A stretch of DNA of 64,000 bases from the human T2T-CHM13v2.0 reference genome, Homo sapiens: the NCBI RefSeq assembly GCF_009914755.1, contig NC_060926.1, one strand, 5' to 3'. A model generated the notes under the pieces. It saw only the letters and a list, made by a program, of their open reading frames with translations. It was not told where the DNA came from and did not search any database. Of this stretch, positions 13,711 through 26,690 are shown one piece after another. A program made the translations under genes and the position numbers. Position 1 is the stretch's first letter. Each line of letters begins with the position of its first letter.

Positions 13711-14802
13711 ATAAATGCATCTTCATCATGTGCATTTTTAGGAATGCTGTCAGAACCATTTTCACATTTCTAACAATAAACAAACTGGTGTGCTCATTAA
13801 TGAGGGAATTCTGGTGCATAGCTTCCTCAATGAGGACCTGTCTTGACAATGGGAAGTGACACAGATTCTATTAATGTTAGCTTGTTTTTATTACCCAACA
13901 AGTCACCATGCTTAATTCAGCTGTCATTCTTTCTAAAATAAGAATGCCATTACTTGACATTGCTTTTCACAGGGACTATTTGACAGCCTTACAGATCTCT
14001 AGAATAATTCCGCTTTCTTTCTTTGTAAGTTACAAGAGTTCAAAGTACAAGAGTTTATCACTTGCTCTTGGTTAAAGTTTATTTCTTTGTATTATTGGTG
14101 TGATGAGTGTTTGAGGGATTGAATGAACAGTGCGTTAAACATTCTAAGTGTAAAATGTAATTATACATAACCCTCCTCCTTCATTAACCAACATTATCCA
14201 CCCATTTCCTCAAAATATAATGTGACCCAATAAGTAAATTTCTAATATGCCTATTTTGTATGTCTTTGTCTGCCTTAAAGAAAATACAAATTACTGGAAA
14301 AAAGTTCATTGATATATTTCTTAAAACATTAAAACATGCTAATATGAATTCAGTCTTCAAAGGTGAAAAAGAGATTCCACATATATAACACATCTGAATT
14401 CCTTTTACAGAAATTATTTTAATTCATTTAGTATTTATTTTTCTTCCCTTTACACTTAAATTTTAATGTTGGGACAGTAATGATTATGAAGCAATTGTGT
14501 ACTCTGGTTACATTTCTTTAAACAAAATCGAAATATGGTGAGATTTTTAGCTTACTTGCTATCAATTAATATTCTACCTATATATAAATTATACATATAA
14601 TACTTAGAAAATTTTGAAAAAGCATACATGAATAGCACATTATAAGGAGGTAATAAAAATTAAAAATTAATAAGCAGAAAGAGGAAATTCAGTATACAAA
14701 ACAAAAATTAGACAATAGAGTCCTACCACTGCACATTTTTAAATGTGTGTCAATCAGGATTAATAATGCCAGGTGCTATAACAAACAATATCTCAGTGGA
14801 TT

Positions 14803-15337
14803 TGTCAGAGGCCATCGAACCAGAGCGACTCCATTTTGAGTGAGGGCTAGGAAAATGAGGATGGGGCTTGCTGAACTGCATTCTCAGAAAGTCAGGTATT
14901 CTTAGCCTCTAGATGTTTACAGTTAAGGGAACAGATTGATAATGTTTACTAAACGAACCCAGATTTGGGAGTGTCAATATCTTGATATCTTGAGAACAAA
15001 AGCATTCCTAATTTTGCTTTAAAGATGAAAATATTGATTCTTGCAAAATATAGTAATTAAGAAAATAAATCCTTTATCACAAACCCTTGTAGCAGGGCAC
15101 ATCTGCCCATGATCTTTTTTATCCTGTACATAAACAAGCATTGTACCTAGGGTGTACATATTCCTCCTCTTACTTTTGGGAATGGCCTACTCTGTTCTAT
15201 GGAATAGCTGTTCTTTTACTTTACTTTCTTAATAAACTCGCTTTTGCTTTGCACTGTGGACTCACCCTGAATTCTTTCTTGTGTGAGATCCAAGAACTCT
15301 CTCTTGGGGTCTGGATCAGGACCCCTTTCCTGTAACA
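14803..15337 (+). mobile_element. MER41 (MER41C-like) ERV1 solo LTR
   Basis: tgtcagagg..gaaccagagcgactccattttgagtgagggctagg...cctgtaaca; perfect 4-bp TSD gatt. Confidence 0.9.
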
Positions 15338-15417
15338 GATTTGGGCAATAAACTGGGGTGTGGGTGTGTAGGTGTGGGTGTAGGGATGTGTTTTCTCATG
15401 GAAAATCTCATGTGTAT

Positions 15418-16245
15418 TGTAAGCCAAAAATAAAATTCTAAGCCCTCCCCCCTCCCTCTCAGCCAAGGGCATTCCAAAATAAACCGGTTCAGGCCATGAT
15501 GGGAAGGAGGAAGGAGGGTCAGACATGCCTCATTATACCCTCCTCTCTTTGGCACTCAGGCACAGCTGACCAGCATTAACATTAAGCAATAAGACACCAA
15601 AATCCAGCCTGACTCTCTAATATAGCATCACATAACAGATAGCCGGCCCTGAAAGAAATCGAAGTATTTTACCCCAAAATACATTTCTTCGACATATTTT
15701 GAAATGGCCCTGCAAGCTATCTCTTAGGAGGGAAAATCCACTTTTTGTAGAAAATCCCCATTCCTGTCTAGGCCTTTTCCTTGATCCAGGAGAGAATTAA
15801 CTTAGAGTCTGGCACCTTTTTAGGTCTGATAAGACCTCTGAAGCCGTTACCAGGAGGCTTTATCTGCATGATAAAACCTTGGTCTCCACAACCCCTTATC
15901 TTAACCTAGACATTTCTTTCTATTGATTCCAGGTCTTTAGATAATAACTCTTTCAGCAATTGCCAATTAGAAAACCTTTGACTCCATCTGTGACCTGGAA
16001 GCCCTCCCTTCAGAGAGAGGGCTTCAAGTTGTCCTACCTTTCTGGACCGAAACAAATTCATGTCACACACATTGACTGATGTCTTAAGTCTCCCTAAAAC
16101 ATATAAAACCAAGCTATAGCCTGACCACCTTGGGCACATGTTTTCAGGATGTCCTAGGACTGTGTCACGGGCCACTGCTCACTCATATTTGACTCAGAAT
16201 AAAAGGCTTCAGATATTTTACAGAGTTTGATTCTTTTTGTCAACA
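15418..16245 (+). mobile_element. MER4 (D/E-like) ERV1 solo LTR
   Basis: tgtaagccaaaaataaaattctaagccc...gagtttgattctttttgtcaaca; perfect TSD gtat. Confidence 0.88.
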
Positions 16246-16317
16246 GTATGTTTCTGATTTGGTGACTCTCTTGGGCAGCTCTGCTTCAAGTAGTGACTTA
16301 GTGATCACAGCTCCTTT

Positions 16318-17006
16318 TGTTACAGGAGGTAGCTTGTCAGGCATGAATAGGGCATGAGAGGGTCTCTCCCCGACAACCTCATCGAGAATGTCAGGCAAGT
16401 ATCAGGTGATGGTCAGGTGATTGTTACACTGTTTCTCTAAAATAATAATTGGTCACAGCCAGCACCAGGAAAAGGGAGTCTCCCAATAAATAGAAAAACC
16501 TGAAACGTGATCAGTAGCATCCCGATAAGATCTCAGGAGTTGGGTAAATGGGCTCAAGCATGAGAACTAAGAGGCAAAATGGCTGAGTTTAACTGATATA
16601 CGACCTTCTAGGAGCATTTGACTGGTAAGAGAAGAATGCCCCAAGTAAGCATGCGTACAACTCCAGTAAACACACTGCACGTATGGTACCTCCCAAGTGC
16701 TGGCAGGCCACTGCGCATGCAGACTCCCCACCCCAAGGAAATAATCAGGGGAGAAGTGACACATGACCCTGGAAGTATGCCAACAAACCATGCACTTGAT
16801 CTCTCAAGTCACCTGCTTGGCCCTCTTCTAAATGTATTTTACTTCCTTTTGTTCCTGCTCTAAATCTTTTTAATAAACTTTCACTCCTGTTTTAAAACTT
16901 GCCTCAGTCTCTCACTCTGTCTTATACCCCTCAGTTGAATTATGTCTTCTGAGGAGGCAAGAATCAAGGTTGCCGCAGACCTTTATGGATTTGCCACTGT
17001 TAAACA
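16318..17006 (+). mobile_element. MER50-like ERV1 solo LTR
   Basis: tgttacaggaggtagcttgtcaggcatg...ccactgttaaaca; aataaa at ~16872; TSD cttt/ctgt. Confidence 0.8.
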
Positions 17007-18433
17007 CTGTGATGTGACCATCTGCCAGACTCTTGTCTGTGCTTCTGCTAGATCCTCTACATTCAGTCAGTTCATAAGCACAGAGAAAGCATGTTTAAGT
17101 TTGCAAGATAATTTAGAGGTCACGCTTAAAACTGGCATACATCCATTCATATTCTGTTGACCAGGCTTAGTTACATGGCCCCATGTTGATGCAAGGTGAC
17201 TGGAAAGAATAGTATTTCTCTATGACTAAAAGAAAAAGAAAGTAGTTTGTTAAACACACAGCAATTCCTCTGCTTTACAAGGCAGAATATACATAAATAA
17301 TGAGCTTAATCATTCTTATTTTCTTATCAGTGGAAGCAAAGTTGTATGTGAGGAAAAGAAACATTTCTCTATTAATAAATGATTTTTTAAAATATGTATC
17401 AAGTGAGTGCTAATACAAGGAACATTAATAATAGATAATGCCACAACGTGGTTTTCCAGAAAATATAAAGGTAACAATCCAATAAAAAAACCGGCAAAAG
17501 ATTTGAATAGATGTTTCTCAAAATAAGACATACAAATGGCAAACAGGCATATGAAAAGGTGCTCAACACCACTGATCATCAGAGAAACGCAAATCAAAGC
17601 TACAAGGAGATATCATTATACCATTTGGATATAAAATGGCTTATATCCAAAAGACAGGAAATAACAAATGCTGAAGAAGATGTGTAGAAAAATAAACCCT
17701 TGTGCACTATTGGTGGGAATGTAAATTAGTACAACCACTATGGGGAACAGTTTGGAAGTTCCTCAAAAAACTAAAAATTGAGCTACCATATGATCCAGCA
17801 ATCCCACTGTTGGGTACACACATCCAAAAGAAAGGAAATCAGGACCTTGAAGAGATAACTGCACTCCTGTGTTTGTGGCAGCACTGTTCACAACAAGATT
17901 TGGAAGCAACCTAAGTGACTATCAATAGATGAATGGATAAAGAAAATGTGGTACACATACACAATGGAGTACTATCAAACCAAAAAAAAAAGAATGAGAT
18001 CTAGTCACTTGCAACAACATGGATGGAACTGGAGATCATTATGTTAAGCAAAATAAACCAGGCACAGAAAGACAAACATCACATGTTCTCACTTATTTCT
18101 AGGATCTAAAAATCAAAACGATTAAACTCATACAGATAGGGAGTAAAAGGATGGTTACCAGGGGCTGGGAAGGGTAGTGGGGAGCAGGGGGAGGTGGGGA
18201 TGTTTAATGAGTACAAAAAAAAATTAGTTAGGAGTGGCTGGCTGGAGTTCCAGGCCAGTGGGTCTTATCCTGTAAAGCACCATGCAAGTGGGGTGACTCT
18301 TGCTACTCAGCACCCTGGATTCAGCCTCATTCCTAGGGAATTGTTTACCAGTTTTTGAAGTATCCAAGGCAACCAGGGGCTGAAGTGGACCCCCAGCACT
18401 GCACAGCCACTTTACAAAAATGTGGCCAGACTA

Positions 18434-19826
18434 TTTTTTTTTCACCTCTGAACTTTTTATTGGCCTCCTGCTCCCCAAAGGGTACCCTGCTTCTGCTGGC
18501 TTAATGTTTCAGAACTTTGGTGTCATTGGTCTCAGACACCACTTGGCCATCCACTATCTGGCAGGTGGTGGTGTTTTGGATGGTTTGCATGGAGTTGCTG
18601 CTGTCCAGGGCATCACCAAGATTGAAGTCCTCACCATCTTCCAGCAGGCGGCGGTAGGTGGTGATCTCAGCCTCCAGCTTGACCTCGATGTTCAGCAGGG
18701 CCTCCTATTCCTGGGCTTGGTGCTGTCCCTCTGCCCGAGTCTGTGCCATATCTGACTCCAGGTGCAGCAGGATCCTGTTGAGCTGCTCCATCTGCTGGGC
18801 GTAGTGGGCCTCCACCTCCCTCAGGCTGTTCTCCAAGCTGGCCTTCAGATTTCTCATAGAGTCCAGGTCCATCTCCAAGGACTGGACTGTATGTCTCAGC
18901 TCCATGAGCATCATCTCAGCAGCTCCAACCTCAGTGGACTGCATGGTGACCACTGTGGTCTCTCCTCAATCTGCTGAGACCAGTACTTGTCAAGCTCCTC
19001 TCGGTTCTTCCAAGCCAGCTCATCACATTGGACCTGGATGTCTGAAATGATCCTGAGATTTGGGGGCATCTACCTCCACGGTCAAGCCAGAGCTGGCAAT
19101 CTGGGCTTGTAGGCCTTTTACTTCCTCTTTGTGGTTCTTCTTTATAAAGAGCAGCTCTGCCTTGAGAGCCTCGATCTCTGTCTCCAGCTGCAGCCGAGTG
19201 ACATTGGTCATCAGTGACCTTGTGGAGCCCATGGATGTCACTCTCCACAGACTGGCACATGGCCAGCTCTGTCTCATACTTGACTCTGAAGTCATCAGCA
19301 GCAAGATGGGCATTGTCGATCTGCAGAATGATGCTGGCATTGTCCACAGCATTTGCGAAGATCTGAGACCTCAGGTCCTCGATGGTCTTGAAGTAATGAC
19401 TCCAGTCTCTGACCTGGGGTCCCTTCTTCTCCAGGTGCTCCCGGATTTTGCTCTCCAGCTTCCTGTTCTCGGTCTCCAGGCTCCTCACTCTGTCCAGGTA
19501 GGAGGCCAGGTGGTCGTTCAGGCTTTGCATGGTATCCTTCTCGTTCTGGATGTCTCCCATTCCTGCCAGACCCCTGGCCATTCCCATGGCCAGGCCCCCG
19601 GATCCCACGCCGCCCCAGAAGCTGGTGGAGCGGGACATGGAGATCCAGGAACCAGAGCCCCCAGTGCCTGCACAGACACTGGCTGCACTGCTGACCGGCC
19701 GGGCGCCGTAGCTGGGCACCTGGACAGAGCCCAGAGACCAGTAGTTGGTGAAGGTGGAGCGAGTGGTGAAGCTCATGCCGTCCCAGGAAGAGAGCAAGAG
19801 GACAGGACTCAGGCTTTGCCAATGAC
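18434..19826 (-). pseudogene. KRT18P: Keratin 18 processed pseudogene (intronless, full length)
   Basis: ATG at 19776 (MSFTTRSTF...[24 protein letters not shown]); C-terminus NDTKVLKH* with stop at 18501-18503; 5'UTR, 3'UTR, AATAAA (18456-18461) and poly(A) (18434-18442); no introns; frameshifts near 19207, 19045 and 18960; premature TAG at 18705-18707; TSD-like ccagac.a.tttttt on both sides. Pseudogene number unknown. Confidence 0.97.
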
Positions 19827-22800
19827 CCAGACAACTTTTTTAAACAGGTCTTTGATCCCATTTCTCCTGACTGGGTCAGACCTCCGATCTAGAGTCGCCA
19901 GCCACCTCCCACAGGTGTGTTCAGGCTGGCAACAAGTTTGTACCTCCCTGAGATGGACCTCCCAAAGGAAGGGGCAGGCTGCCATCTTTGCTCATTCACA
20001 GCCTTCACTGGTGATACGTCTAGGTACTGGAAAATCTGAGTTGATTAGGGACTAGAAAAGACTCTCAGCATACCACAGAAGCCCTACTGAAAAGTAGCTA
20101 GACTGTTAAAGGAAAAAAAAAAAAATCACCCAAAAGTCAGCAACCTCAAAGATAGAAGGTAGATAAGCATACAAAGATGAGAAAGATTCAGCACAAGAAC
20201 GCTGATAAAACATTGCAGGAGCTGACAGACAAAATAGCTGGTATGAAGAAGAATGTAGCCAACCTGACAGAGCTGAAAAATACCCTACAAGAATTTCATA
20301 TTGCAATCACAAGTATTAATAGCGTAATAGATCAAGCAGAAGAAAGAATCTCAGAGCTTGAAGACTGCCTGTCTGACAAGACGGGAGCAGACAAAAATAG
20401 AGAAAAAAGAATGAAAAGGAATAAACAAAACCTCCAAGAAATGTGGGCTTATGTAAACAGACCGAATCTATGACTGATAAGTTTACTTACAAGAGATGGG
20501 AAGAATGGAATCAATTTGGAAAACATACTTTAGGATATCATCCATGAGAACGTTCCCAACCTAGCTAGACAGGCCAACATTCAAATTTCATAAATGAAGG
20601 AGAAATAAGATCCTTTTCAGACAAGCAAATGCTGAGAGAACTTGTTACCTCCAAAACTGCCTTACAAGAGATCCTGAAGGAAGCAATAAATATGAAAAGT
20701 AAAGACCATTACCAGTCATTACAAAAACACACTGAAGTACACAGACCAGTGACACAATAAAGCAACTACATAAACAAGTCTGCAAAATAACTAGCTAACA
20801 TCATGATGACAGGATCAAATCCACACATATCAATACTAACCTTAAATGTAAATAGGATAAATACACCAATTAAAAGACACAGAGTGACAAGCTGGATAAA
20901 GAACCAAGACTCATCAGTATGCTATCTTCGAAAGACCCATCTCACATGCAATGACCCACATGGGCTCAAAATAAAGGGATGGAGGAAAATCTACCAAGAA
21001 AATGGAAAACAGAAAAAAATCAGGGGTTGCAATTCTCCTTTCTGACAAAACAGACTTTAAACCAACAAAGATCAAACAAGATGAAGAAGGGCATTACATA
21101 ATGGTAAAGGGTTCAATTCAGCAAGAAGAATTAACTATCCTAAATATATATGCACACAACACAGGAACACCCAGATTCATAAAGCAAGTTCTCAGAGACC
21201 TTCAGAGAGACTTAGACTCCCACAAAATAATAGTGGGGAACTTTAACACCCCACCAACAATATTAGACAGATCATCAAGACAGAAAATTAACAAAGATAT
21301 TCAGGACCTGAACTCAGCAGTGGATCAAATGGACCTAATAGATATCTATAGAACTCTCCACCCAAAAGCAACAAAATATACATTATTCTCATTACTACAT
21401 GGCACTTACTGTAAAATCAATCACATAATCAGAAGTAAAACACTCCTCAGCAAATTCAAAAGACCTGAAATCATAACAAACAGTCTCTCAGACCACAGTA
21501 CAAATTTGAAATCAAGACTAAGAAATTCATTCAAAACCATACAATTACATGAAAATTGAATAACCTGCTCTGAAATGACTTTTGGTTAAATAATAAAATT
21601 AAGGCAGAAATCAACAAGTCCTTTGAAACTAATGAAAACAAAGATACAACACACCAGAGTCTCTGGGACAGTTACAGCAGTTTTAAGAGGGAAATTTACA
21701 GCACTAAATACCCACATCAAAAAGTTAGAAAAACCTCAAGTTAACCTAACATCACAACTAAAAGAACTAAAGAACAAATAGTAAACAAATCCCAAAGCTA
21801 ACAGAAGACAAGAAATAACCAAAAACACAGCTGAACTGAAGGAGACTGAGACGCAAGAAACCATTCAAAACTTCAAAAAATCCAGGAGCTAGTTTTTTGA
21901 AAAATTAATAAAACAGATCACTACTAGCTAGACTAATAAAGAAGAAAAAGTAGTTTCAAATAAACACAATCATAAATGACAAGGGGGATATTACCACTGA
22001 CCCCATAGAAATACAAACAACCATCAGAGAATATTATGAACACCTCTATGCACATAAACTAGAAAATCTAGAAAAAATAGATAAATTTCTGGACACATAC
22101 ACCCTCCTACGACTGAACCAGGAAGAAACTGAATCCCTGAACAGACTAATAACGAGTTCTGAAATTGAGGCAGTAATAAATAGCATACCAACCAAAAAAA
22201 GCCCAGGACCAGATGGATTCACAGATGAATTCTTCCAAATGTACAAAGAAGAGCTAGTACCATTCCCTTTGCAACTATTCCAAAATGTTGAGGAGGAAGG
22301 ACTCCTTCCAAACTCATTCTGAGGCCAGCATCATCCTGATACCCAAACCTGGGAGAGATACAACAAAAAAAGAAAACTTCATGAACTTGATGAACACTGA
22401 TGCAAAAATCCCCAACAAAATACTGGCAAGCCAAATCCAGCAGCATATCAAAATATATCAAAATAGCTGATCCACCACAATCAAGTAAGCTTCATCCCTG
22501 GGATGCAAGATTGGTTCAATATACACAAGTCAATACATGTGATTCATCTCATAAACAGAACTGAAGGCAAAAACCACATGATTATCTCAATAGATGCAGA
22601 AAGGCTTTTGGTAAAATTCAACATCTGTTCATGTTAAAAATTCCCTATAACTAGGTATTGAAGGAAAATACCTCAAAATAATAAGAACCATATATGACAA
22701 ACCCACAGCCAACATCACACTGAATGGGCAAAAGCTAGAAGCATTCCTCTTGAAAATCAGCACAAGACAAAGGTGCCCTCTCACCACTCCTATTCCACAT

Positions 22801-23642
22801 AGTATTGGAAGTTCTGGCCAGGACAATTGGGCAAGAGAAAGAAAGAAAGGGTATTCGAATAGGAAGAGAGGAAGTCAAACTATCCCTGTTTGCAGATGAC
22901 ATAATCCTGTATCTAGAAAACCCCCTTGTCTAGGCCCAAAAGCTTCTTAAGCTGATAAACAACTTCAGGAAGGTCTCAAGATACAAAATTATTGTGTAAA
23001 ATTACTATCAATTCTATATACCAACAACAGTCAAGCCAAGAGCCAAATCAGGAATGAACTCCCATTCACAGTTGCCACAAAAAGAATAATTGGAAAAAAG
23101 CTCAATATCACTGATCACTAAACGAATGCACTGAGATACCATCTTACACCAGTCAGAATGACTATTTAATAAATGACTTTTTAATAAAAAGTCAAAAATA
23201 ATAGATGCTGGCAAGGTCGTGGAGAAAAAGGAATGCTTATACACTGTTGGTGGGAGTGTAAATTAGTTCAGCCATTGTGGAAGACAGTGTGGCAATTCCT
23301 CAAAGACCTAAAGACAGAAATACCATTCAACTCAGCAATTCCATTACTTGCTATATACCTAAGGAAGATAAATCACTCTGTTATAAAGACACATGCACAT
23401 GTATGTTCCTTGAACCACTATTCATAATAGCAAAGATATAGAATCAACCTTAATGTCCATCAATGATAGACTGGATAAAAAAATGTGGTACATATATACC
23501 ATGAAATACTATGCAGCCATGAAAAGGAATGAGATCATGTTCTTTGCAGGGACATGGATGGAGCTGGAGGCCATTATCCTTAGCATACTAATATAGGAAT
23601 AGAAAACCAAACACCACATGTTCTCACCTATAAATGGGAGCT

Positions 23643-23761
23643 CATGCAGGGTTTAATACCTAAGTGATGGGTATATAGGTGCAGCAAACCACCATGGCAC
23701 ATGTTTACCTGTGTAACAAATCTGCATGTCCTGAAGGAAAAAAATTAAAATGTAAAAAAAA
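23643..23761 (+). mobile_element. ~120-bp L1PA 3'-end insertion inside the L1PA12/13 3' end
   Basis: ttaatacctaagtgatggg..ataggtgcagcaaaccaccatggcac plus A-tail; TSD ataaatgggagct / ataagtgggaact. Confidence 0.8.
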
Positions 23762-26690
23762 ATAAGTGGGAACTAAATGATGAGAACACATAGACACACA
23801 GAGAGAACAACACAAACTGGGGTCCTTCAGAGGGTAAAGAGTGGGAGGAGGGAGAGAATGAGGAAAAATAATGAATGGTTACTAGACTTAATTCCTGGGT
23901 GGTGAAATAATCTGTAAAACAAACCCCCATGACACAAGTTCACCTGTATAACAAACCTGCACTTGTACCCCTAAACTTAAAGTATAAGTCAAAATTTATT
24001 TATTTATTTTTAGTCACTTAAAAGCAAAAAAAAAAAAAAAGACTGAATAAGACCTACTATTTGATACCACAACAGGGTGATTATGGTCAATAATAACTTA
24101 ATTATACATTTTAAAATAACTTAAAAGTGTAGTCAGATTGTTTGTAACCCAAAGGATAAATTATTGAGGAGATGAAGACCCCATTCTCCATGATGTGCTT
24201 ATCTCACATTGCATGCCTGTATCAAAACATCTCAAGTATTTCATAAATATATACACCTACTATGTACCCACAAAAATTAACAAGAAAATAAAAGCGTACA
24301 TTCATATTTTTATTCATTTTAGTCTTTATATAAAGCCAAAGGTATATTATTTTTAAGAAAACTTATGAAGTCATTTCTATAGCATAAGATAATGTTGTTT
24401 TCTATTAATCAAAATGTCACAGAGTTCAGGTTCCTAAGATTACTTTATGGAGATGTATACCTATATACTTCAAATATCAATTTTCTTACCTAGAATTTTG
24501 TCAGAAATAAGATTTTCAAGTAATTTGACTTATCCTGGCAGTATTTCCTCTATATAAATTATAAGAAACACTCATTTGATTTCAATGTTATTTCATATTT
24601 TCAGGTTTTCCATTTTTTAATAGAATTTCTTCTCTGAAAGCAAGAGTTGCTAACACTTCTATAATTCTTCCTATATGGCAGACAATGTTCCAAATACTTT
24701 CTATGTACTGTTAGGTTCTGAGATTTGAACTGAGACTGTCTGGTTTAAGAATCCATGCTTCTAATCACTAACAAGGACTCTTAATAACATTCTTGATTTA
24801 AAAGAATATATGAGATTAATAAATAGTTTATTTCTACATATTACCAAATTTACAAAACCACTCAATATGACAGTTTTATTACTTAGAAAGCCAAGAATTT
24901 ATTTCATCCACATTGATGAAATAGGGAAAAATGTATATAATTCCAAAGAGTAGTTAATCTAAAAGTTAGGTATGTGGCTTTAATATACTAAGAATTTTTT
25001 TTATGCTTGAAGTACAGATTCACTCAGATTGCATTATAGGTAAAACTTATTTGCAGGTGATGAAAGCAGCTATGCCAACAATCAAAACTATTCAAATTGA
25101 AAGGTAAAATTGACTAGCTGGTATTCAAAATTATTTGACTGACCAAAATATAGGAGCACTAAATGTGATCATAATTTTAATGAAATAAAAATGTAAGCAC
25201 TCACTTGTTCCTGACAAAATTTTCCTCTTTAGCACTAATTTTAGGAAAGTTTTTTGTTTGTTTGTTTGTTTGTTTTTACTCTCAGAGCTCTGGAATTCTC
25301 TAGAAGAGTGCACAATATACAGAACCAAGATATTATCGTGCTGTTTTTCTAAACTCTGTATCTGACCCTGTAGAACACCTGTGTCTGCAAACACTGATAT
25401 GAGTGGTCCCACTCAGGGCTGACTTCAAACTGCATTGATCTTTCAACTCACTGCAATATCTGAGAACAGAGTTGGCATGTACTGACTTAAGAAATAAGTT
25501 AAAGTATGACAAGGGGATAAAAAATACCAATTAAGTTTTCTCACCTGTAGTGTCAACCTATATAATGCTGACTTATCCTCAAGGATTCCATCGCCCATTT
25601 TACTAAATTTCCTTCTCTTGCCTCACTTTAGCCTTTGATTTCTATGCCAGCCTTGAATTAGCCAACTCCCTCTACATGCCTTATTCTTCTAGTTATTTGG
25701 TTCAAAATTTATTTTAAAAGGGGGCTAATTCATTGCCATGAGCTTATAAGATAGTAGTCCCCTCAACAAGAATCCCTTTCAACTGGACTCCACAGCATGA
25801 TTTTTTCTAAAGCTTCTCATTCTCCACAAACTCCTCCAATTAATAGTACCTGATAGGTAAATGGTATTTTGACAAAGCCATTTTGACAAGAGAACACTTT
25901 GAAGCACTTAAAAATAAAATTATTAAACTTTTCTTAACAACTTTTATTTTAGTTAATTTGTAAAGCAAATATCATCACTTCATCTCCTCTCTCAGATCTG
26001 GGGGAGGAAATAGAAGAAGAGCCAAGGATAACGTGGGGCTTGGGGGTGTCAGTTGCCACACCTGTTTTGAATAGTTTTGAATTTTGACACAGCTGCTTTA
26101 GTCACCTGCAAATAAACCTCTGCCAGAGTCAAACAGCTGCCTCCAAATGGACACCCTGCATCTGATTAAGCTTAGTTTATTATCATTATACATCTGCACT
26201 TCTCAAAGTATTCATATCCCCAGGATATGTGGTACTGTGCCAAGAGACACTCAGAAGCAAGGCTCAACATAACAGCTGCCAGGGATGTCTATTTTAGACA
26301 TATTTGAGAAAAAAAAATAACCTTGCCTGTTACTGATTTTATATTAAAACAAACATGGATATGGCATGAAATTAAATGAAATTTTGAATAAATTGTTAAA
26401 ATAAAACATGACATGTTAAAGAAAGAGACTGCAAGATGGCCGAATAGGAACAGCTCCAGTCTACAGCTCCCAGCGTGAGCGACGCAGAAGATGGGTGATT
26501 TCTGCATTTCCAACTTAGGTACTGGGTTCATCTCACTGGGGCTTGTCAGACAGTAGGTGCAGGACACTGGATGCAGCGCACCAAGCGTGAGCCGAAGCAG
26601 GGCGAGGCATTGCCTAATCCGGGAAGTGCAAGGGGTCAGATAATTCCCTTTCATAGCCAAGCAAAGCTGTGACAGACTGCACCTGGAAAA

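Larger units (their letters stand above)
14746..17275 (-). mobile_element. Old MLT1(J/K/L)-like LTR split into four pieces by three ERV1 solo LTRs
   Basis: Host pieces 14746-14802, 15338-15417, 16246-16317 and 17007-17275 carry old MLT1 motifs (gctataacaaac, cattcatattctgttgaccagg..tagttacatggcc). Confidence 0.6.
18231..23990 (+). mobile_element. L1PA12/13-like element, 5'-truncated within the 5'UTR, with internal deletions and disrupted ORF1/ORF2
   Basis: 5'UTR segments flank KRT18P; ORF1 remnant 20177-20473; ORF2 endonuclease remnants (MMTGSNPHISILTLNVN, 20803-21559); RT motif LFADD near 22887; 3'UTR aaacccccatgacacaagtt. Confidence 0.88.
17470..24293 (+). mobile_element. L1MA2/3-like 3' fragment (17470-18230 and ~24040-24293) split by a younger L1
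   Basis: ORF2 C-terminal remnant and L1MA 3'UTR break after gagtacaaaaa..tagtta and resume at gactgaataagacctactatttgata. Confidence 0.85.

Noticed and set aside
19060-20055. 331-aa plus-strand ORF, the longest in the window
   Set aside because: Mostly the antisense shadow of the KRT18 coding frame running into L1 5'UTR; non-ATG start and no independent evidence
25131-25530. Two overlapping minus-strand ORFs and a plus-strand acceptor-like site after (TTTG)n
   Set aside because: No recognisable homology; the microsatellite explains the pyrimidine tract
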